Below, piece by piece: positions 24,101-33,100 of a DNA stretch of 64,000 nt. The stretch is from Balanoglossus misakiensis. Taxonomy: Eukaryota; Animalia; Hemichordata. The notes below the pieces were generated by a model that ran no database searches, was not told the DNA's origin, and worked only from the letters and a program-made list of their open reading frames with translations. Location: positions 7,831,919 to 7,895,918 of the forward strand of contig CM082584.2 in NCBI GenBank assembly GCA_040954595.2, read 5' to 3'. The translations under genes and the position numbers were made by a program. Position 1 is the first letter of the stretch. Each line of letters starts with the position of its first letter.

Positions 24101-27100
24101 AGCACTTGCCTTGACATCATATGTACTGCACATATGTACTTGATATGACATTTGTGGCCAATTTGTCACGGAATGATTGGCATATTTTCTTCCTACGCAG
24201 ATCTCCTTGAAATGTGCAACCTCAAATAATTTCTCCACTGAAAATAAGGTCAACACAGCTGCCTTAACCCTTTCATCACCATGGTTCAGTTCAAACCCAT
24301 AGTTTTCTATGGTAAGGTTGGACCTCTAAAGAGGGAACTGGGGGTGAAAGGGTTAAACAATTGCACACGAAAGAAGGAAGTATACAACACAATTAATACT
24401 GAGTCACATCGAAAGCCCTGCAAAATCGCTTGTTTATGACTTATTTCACTAAGACATTATTTCTGTCTGGTGACTCCAGGAGATAATCTAGGGTATGTGC
24501 AAAGCTGCAGGTTACAGTTGCCAATAGAAACAAGAACCAGTATACAAGAGTATACTACCAATGTTGTAAAATCACCATGGATACGGCTGGAAGCTTAAAG
24601 ACAAATAGGCAGAGAGTATGTCGAGCATGCTCTTAATACTTCCCTCATTGTCGACGGTAATATTTCATGATGTAATCGTGGATTCGCGAAATGCATTCAA
24701 TTTGAGATTATTGCCAAACCGGAGTATTGATGACATGTTTTGACCCTTTTTTTTACTCATCACAATAACCCTTTCAGGTTATTCCACAACATACTCGTGG
24801 GCTCCGTTGCCATCACTCAGCAACGTGGGCCGACTTTCTGAGCAGTACGACCAAAACCGACCAGTCAGCAACACAATGGTGCTTCAGGGCAGTGCATCAA
24901 CATATACGCTCTGTTACGTACGCACCAATTCGCCAAGACTTAACCACCAAAACCATGCGAGCTAGCACCAAAGTGGTGCGTACCAAGACCAACAGAAAAG
25001 TCTTACAACCCCATACAGCCTGATAGTGTCTGTATGTTTCACACTGTACAAGAACACAGCACACTATAAAAAAAAACATCCTTGAGGTAGACACAATTTC
25101 ACTGTGTGTCTGGTAGATAGATTACAGCATCTCAGGGCATTTAATGGAGAGTATGGAGACAGGTCGTCACCGACTATATATCACGCTGGTTTGAGCACTT
25201 CCATTCAGATAAGTGACCCGTACCTAAGTATACGTAATATTGTTATCATCACCAGCCCATGAAAGAATCATGAATTATTGTAAATCCACTCAACAAATTA
25301 AGGCACATATTTTCCAATTTGCATCCATCTCATTTTCAGATGCTTGTTTTTCGTTCTAGCATTAGACACCGTACTAAGACATCACAACGCTACAAACTCA
25401 AAAGCATATTAGCACCAATCCTGCCATGATCACCATTTAAATGCAACAAGTAGTCTTGAACTTGGCCTTCTGTGTACATTGTATCTCTCACATTTTGCAA
25501 AAGCATTACTGTGCACTTTTAAGGTTTCTATTGACAACCAAGTAAAATATTCCAATCATGTTGAAAGCATTTACTCTAAAACATCTGCGTTAGTTGAAAA
25601 AATATAATAAATGTTTTGATTTGAGAAAGGAAAACGAAAATTAGGTCTTCATCATCATCATTCTAAACAATGTTGAACTGCTACGTTTTATTTTTCTAAC
25701 CTGCGCAAAATATTAATTCCCCAAAGCCCGAAAGTTGTTGAGAAACCCCATTAAACACAGAACTGTGTGATTAAAAAAATAGTCCTTGAAAATTTGTGGG
25801 TTTCAAAATTTAAATTGCCTAGAGCGATCAATGTGGAGAATAACACAACCAATATGCCACTTTGCGTTTTTAAGAAATGACACAATTCCATTCTCGGAGA
25901 TGATTTGATCCATATACGTGAACACAGAGAATTTCCGATGCCGATATCGCCATAGTAACTGAGACCTAGCCAATCAATTGTTATTGTTTCAGACTGCGAG
26001 GCTGATTATAGAAGGCTCTTTCACCAGAGAGCAGAAACAGCTCACCATGCATGGTTACAGAGAACACGTACAATCTCCCCCCATTCTTTGCTCTGAAAGG
26101 AATTTCACACACTACGTATTAAATACTCCACCAAGACGAAGCCACAAACGAAATACTCTTGCCCTTTTCACGCCAAAGGAAATTGATTATGTACACATAA
26201 AGAGCCTTTCTGGAAGCTAAGATAACATGTTTGCGCGCCAATCTAAATCCTGAAGTGGGGAATGACTTCATTTGCTTAAATACTGGTATGTTTTGCAATA
26301 TACAGAAATACAACTTGAGGCTCGCCACAGTCAATAAAGCCTGATAATTTCTCTGTACGACAAACGACTGGGAAAGCAATTTTATTCAAAAGTAAATCAA
26401 TATTTTGAACTGAAAAAAAGAATCTATGGTCTAGCTTTCATCGCAAAACCATATCCGTTCAACAAGCCAAGTTGATGTAATTCATACAGTGATTATATTA
26501 AAGCAAACTGTTTTTCCTCAAGATAACCCACACACTACATGTAGTTCACTGAAGAAATATTTTATGCATGTTCCTGAGTTACGTAAAAATCACAGCTACA
26601 ATTTTGGTTATTTGCTGCCATGTCCTGGAGTCTGGGCATGTAACAGACAACATTTGCTTATATTTCTATAGTAGCACGACAACGACAATATATACTAGTT
26701 ACTTACAGTTGTGAGAAAAAGTCAATACTAGTACATTGTATTTCTATAATTGTTTATCAACTACAGCACACTATCTATTATTATGCACAAAAGATTCAGG
26801 TATTGGGGTTAGAGTACCATAAGCTTGTCTCATTCCTATTTGCAAATAATATGATTTTTTGTCTCGGAAATGCATCTCAATTTTCTCTCTGGTCTAGATA
26901 AAGAAAGATCATACGGAAAATACATGCATCCACATGCCATCTTTGAGTGATATAGAGGAAACTATAGGCACCAGATACAATAGCGTTCATTCCCTTGTTT
27001 CACGCTTGATCAATGCAAACATATGGCGCCATTTGGCATTGGCTTTGAATGCGACACAGTGTTGAATTCTGGATTATTTTTGTTCGCTGCGGAAAATAAA

Positions 27101-30100
27101 TTTGTATAGCATGGAAGGGGTAGACCCCCCAGTGTCAACAAAGCTCAAGGTTAAGGTCGGCTTACTGGGGGCTAATCGCTGTTAAACCCTGTGTGTGTGT
27201 GTTGTGAGTCCTTTTCTTTGTATAAAGCACATTGGTGGGAAAGCGCGACGGAAATATGAATTGCAACAAAGGCTTTCTCGTCACCCCTACTAGATTGAGT
27301 CAAATTGAAACGCTTGTTCAAATGTGGCTTAATGATGTGTCTGGGATTTTTCATTCTACACATTTCAAATTCAAGTGTACTGTACAGAATTAAGAAACAA
27401 ACACTGATCACAACATTTGTGATGACTACCTCTTTCAGAAAACTGGCACTTTTTTTTCAAGTATTTGATGTTTTGAGTATCAAAATTTGTCAATCTAAGT
27501 CTTGGATTTGTGCTTCAACATCTTTTCCCTCTCTCACTGCTTATTTTTTTCTTCAATAAAATGGTTTTCTTTAATTCACAATCTCTCAATATCTACCCAA
27601 GCATTATTGAAAGCAAAGACGTCTTTTCCTTCTGTTCAGAAAGATGTTTCAATTACTGGGGAAGTATTAATACCATAGTCACACTATATTCGTCTAAAAG
27701 TATTTCAACATCTGTTTACGGTGTTTGTATGATATGGGCAAATATCCAAAAGTCTTGAGGCAACAATAACAAACACATTCAAGCAAGCAACAATGAACAG
27801 GTAGTATTTTGTTATGAGAAGTAACCCAGACCTCTGTACAGGGGAACAGACAGTAGTTTGACTTCTGACCGACGCATTATTCTGAATTTTTCTCTTTAAA
27901 AAAATTCATTATCGTCGGTCCTGTTGACGCCGGGCGGCAGAACAGCGATCGTGCAGATAATGGTTTAGGGGTAGAATGAGCGGGGGTGTTTATAGAAATG
28001 GATACATGATTGATGAGTGAATTTTGTCTGAAATGAAACCCTTGTTAACTATAACCTGCACTGAGTAAAGTCCAGGACACTGCCGTGTGTAGCAATGATA
28101 TGTCTGGTAAAAACAGGGTCATCCGAACCGTCATCCTCGCTTTATGATTTCAACGACTTCAACGAAAGAGCTTAACATTAGGTGCACTTCAGGGCAGAAG
28201 TGTTCTACCTTTCAGCCTGTTATCACCCGAAGCCAGATTTCAGTTGATTTTATACATAACTTTATGCATAAAATACATAATCTTTTATCCATAAATCAGC
28301 ACAATAATATGATATCATATGAATCAAATGCAGTTACTCCTTTCAGCTACACCTGGTATGCAAATATATGTAAATGATATGCAAAAGATTATTTGAGTAC
28401 ATACAATACAAACTGTAGACACGTACTATAAACTTTTGAAAATTCAATTTTTCTCGTGGGAAAAACAAAAGACAGTAGCATTTGTGTGCATCTGAGAATA
28501 TTAGTTCAAATATTTAAAGTTACTCGTCCTACAAATATTACGGGATTTATTAAATGACTTCTGCATTGCGAAATGTCGCATCTGTCAAGAGTGGTGATTT
28601 ATTCATTGTGGGCCCAGTAAAAATAATTACACTGACCTGTCAAGTACTGTACTTATCTGGCAATGCAAGTAATTGAGCGACCACGCACACTTCAAAAAGG
28701 GCACTCGGTTTAAAATGGCACCACTTTCTGAACAGCTAGTACAAATGTCACCAACGGGAAATGGTTATTTGACAAATTAAAAATGTCCTTTTTTTTCTCA
28801 ACTGCCACTTTTCACTGGGAGTGCATATCTGTAATCAAATTCTCCTCCTGTCTAGACTTTCTCTACAATTATGAATGATGCCCAAAGCAGGTACTGGTTT
28901 TCATTTATCAAGTTATCCTTATATAAATACTCATTCAGCGGTCCCTAGAATGTCTCACCAAGAACCATACTCTACCTTTAAGCCACACTTTTCATCACTA
29001 ATTTACCTTTATATTTTGTTTCCAGCATTTCTGGCGAGTGACTGATTTATGCTATCGATTTTTCTACGGTACTTAAGCCTGGGGAAGTTTACCAACTTGT
29101 CCATATCGATTCACGATTGTTATTTGCTCATTCTTTGTTAACTTTACATAATATTTAAAGTAAGCATCTTTTCACAAAAGTTATTTCAACAGTTGACGCT
29201 TTTTCCACACCACACCACAGCTGAGTGGACTTTCATTGACTTGTCAATCAATGTGCTTAATTTTAACTCAAAGACTTTATCAACCCAAAGTGTTGGTGTG
29301 AGCAAACCATCACTTCAAAGGCTGTCTAAAAAGATTACCATTGAAGCAGTGTTCTCCCCAGAAAAAAATTATGTTGGAAGCAGTTTCGTTGGAACAAATT
29401 CCTCTGAAACAACTTCAACATTATAGGTATACTCGTATGTGATGTATATAGAGAACTCATAGTCATACACATGCATGCCTATATGCTCTCAAAAGGGACG
29501 TTTGGCAGGATTTCGGTTCACTATTCAAATCACAAGATGCGTTTATTTGGAATCATTTACGATCGACTTGGACTGGTCAGGCTGCAGATAAAGATTTATT
29601 GATTGATGATGTTTACGCACCAACCGTGATGGAATACTAAACTGAAATCCAGCTAAAGTTTCCCGGTAAAGTCTTAACTGATAATGGAGACTTACACTTT
29701 CCAGAGGACATGAATGCACGTTGATGTGATGCAAACAACAGTTCTCAATTTTAGCATCGTTCGGAGATGGACACTCGTGCTTTGCGCAGAAATCCTCGGC
29801 TGCTTCTCCGTCACTGCAAAAATGATGAAAGAAAAGTGGGGTTATTATTAAAACACGCGGTCAATCTAGTGGTTAAAGTAATTTATCTCGAGTAGAAAAG
29901 TCGTGGAAAGATAAAGCTGGATTTAATAGCTTTATTCATTCACGACTTTCCTGGGAATTGAGTTCAAAACCTTAAAAAAACGTGAGAAAATCTAAATACA
30001 GTCTCTCTGTGTGTACGGACGGACTGTGACCAATGCAGAGAGGAAAGAGTGCAATGATGTGAGAACGTCTATTTCATGCTCTCTTCATCCTTCGGTCTGG

Positions 30101-33100
30101 CGCTTTTTAGTCTTGTCCGTCGCGAATCTACTCTCAGGAATCTTCTCCGACAAATTGTGATTCTGGAGACTCGGGAAAGTTGATTTATTTGCCCCTAACA
30201 CAACATAAAACTATGCTGCAGACACACGGCCCACCATCGCCATCGAATGGCCATTTATATAGTCATGTGATTTGATATCGATGACCTGACCCCACTTGAC
30301 CTTAAGTCACCTGATACATATCACACATAAGAGAAAAGGAAGTTCACGAAGTTGGCGGAGGCCAATTTGGAGATCACCTAGGAAACGTACGCGTGCAGTT
30401 ATCACCTGAATGACATATTTCAGAGAATACTAGAACGATAATGGTATACAAGCAGAAAGGGAAAGAAACTAAATAAATTGTTGGGATAAATATTTTACGG
30501 GACAAGTCTGCATGAGAAAGTACAATCGTTTAAAAAATAGCCTATAGTCGTCTTGGTCGATTTGAAGGCTTGGCTTACTCATGCATATACGCATAGTCTT
30601 TTATTGCAATTTCTAACAAATGTGGTGACAGGTACCGACGGATCTGTGTCGAATTCGAAATTTCTTTCTCCAACCCTCTAGATAAATCTGCAAGGTGCCA
30701 CGTTCGGCGAGACCCGTGTTCACGATACCATTCTAAATAGACAAGAATTAACAAGGAGGCCAGACAAAATTAAACCCCAGTATAAATTTTCAAGGTGATT
30801 GCAACTTATAATCATTCTACTAAACAAAGAAATAAATCTCTCCCACTTCGCGATCGTAAAGCTCGCGTGGGATCTTGTAATGGCACCTTGATGACACTTT
30901 AATGCTGGCTATCGATTGTCAATGACTAGCAGACCGTAATGAGGGGAAGCCAATAAAAGCTAGTCGATTGTGACGATGCCATTTGATTGTAAATGAAGGT
31001 GAATTGCGGCTGATAGGTGTTCATAGAACTTCAATAGTATCGACGACTCTCCTTACTACAACAATGTAAATGCACCTGAACTTGATACGATCATGGGATC
31101 GGCTTTGTGCATTTTGTTCACAGTGAGACAATACAAACTGAGGCAGGTGCATTGGGAACAGACTTGACGAAAGCAGAGAAAAACTACGACCGCGCAGGAT
31201 GGATGTCTTTTCTGGACCGTCCGCGTATGTGATTTGCAGGTAAAACATGAAACTGCATTGTTGGACTTACACTGTTAGTTATTTTGGGGATCGCGCAATA
31301 AATCAACTTGAAGTAGTTCTCGCGGAGTTCAATAGACGTGTGTAGATAAAAATTCTTATTGGACATTCTTTCGGTCACGGTAGGCACACCAGAAAGCGTC
31401 GATCGGTCGCCATGGGCAACGAACCAAGTCACGGTGGCAATATTTCAAATCTGCCATTGTTGGGATTAGGTGTCAACAGTAAACTTTAGCGCACGGGGAA
31501 CTAGAAAGAACTGTCGGCATCGAACTTGGATGTCGTTGTGGTTGTATATATAATTTCCGGGAAACGGTAATACGCGTATTGTTTCTGCTGTTAGTACATT
31601 GTACATTTCCCATTGGCCAAAAAAGGAACAATATTTTTACTCGAGTAAGCTTATATGTGGTTTTCATGACGCCCATACACAACAATTTCACATTGGAACT
31701 TATTAACCCGTACTTTGTTTGAGCACGTCCATGGTTTGAGAGAGGAATCATGCTATATGTATATTCAATTGGCGTAATTATGTGATTGCATAATCGGTCC
31801 ATAATAATTCTACCCTCATATTTTACCAATTTACATCCTGCTTCTAAAGACGACACTGTACATTTGACATCCAGTACGTACCAAATTATTGAAACCGCCA
31901 AACAAATAGGACGAAACGAAGACGTATTGGCTGAGCCAGGAAGTAACAACCCTAACGACGCAATTCGTCAAAATAACAAACATTTTATATTACTAATATC
32001 CAGAAATAAACCTATTAAATTCGTCAATTAATTTAAACACAGTGACCACCACTAATGTCCAACGTATTATATATGCATGTACATGTATTTCATGTACAGT
32101 TGTATTCGTATTTAATTATGCCAATTAGCAGAATCACGGGAACGGTGGTACCTGTGACTTCTCATCCCTCTGGATGATGACAGGGAAGCCTTTGCACCGT
32201 AAACGCGCATCTAATTGATTGATGCACGCGCCCTCCAGAGATGTCGGGACCTCACCTGAATTCAAAGACTCTCCCGTAGTCCTGTGAATAGGCTGTGTCG
32301 TTGCGCACTGCCCAGTCGAAGAATTCCCTGGTCGTCGATATGCGATAGGTCACGTTGAATTCCTCCTCGCTGATGACTTCGTCCTGCACGGAAAGCCACT
32401 CCATGTGGAAACCTGCAGTGGGGAAAAAGTTGACAATTGCCATGTTTTTTTATGGTGACAAAAGGACATGTTGGGCGCTTCCTGTTGTATGAGGGAAGTA
32501 CCACCTCATCCGTGTTTAGCAATTAGGTGTTAATGACTTAATAAAGGGGTTTATTACCTACTGTTTAGTTTATCACAAAACAGGTGGATTTCTTTATGGT
32601 TTTTTGTTTGCATCCCCAACGCGAACTGCATTAACTTTGTGAGAGATCGACACAAAGGGACCGAAGTGTGTGCGCGGCGATACGAAGCTCTATGGATTAA
32701 TCACATGAAATCAACAAGTGTCGCACGATTGACACGCGCGCTGAGGAGGGGGGGGGGGGGGGTCAGCTAATCTGCACGCAACACGTGGAGCCGATTTCAC
32801 AATAAATACACTGTGCTCAATTTCCCTACACATAACCATGATACGTGAACCATTACGACCGGTTGACAAATACATGTACATGTATATATACCAGGGCCTA
32901 TTCGTAAATGCTTCTCCGCGAAGACAGGAACATGCCTTTCGGGCGTATGTCATGCCTGTCTACTCGTTAAAAGAGCTATTTGGCAATAAAACGCGAGTGC
33001 TTCGAGAGCCTCTTAACAATTTAATGATCCGCCGAGTGTATAAACGTTTTATGTAATGTATATGTTTGTATAAAATTGTATAATGTTGCGCGATGGGCTA

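Noticed and set aside
24833-24844. TTC TGA as an antizyme-type +1 frameshift site
   Set aside because: No antizyme similarity in any frame; the protein-like sequence continues in the same frame after the TGA.
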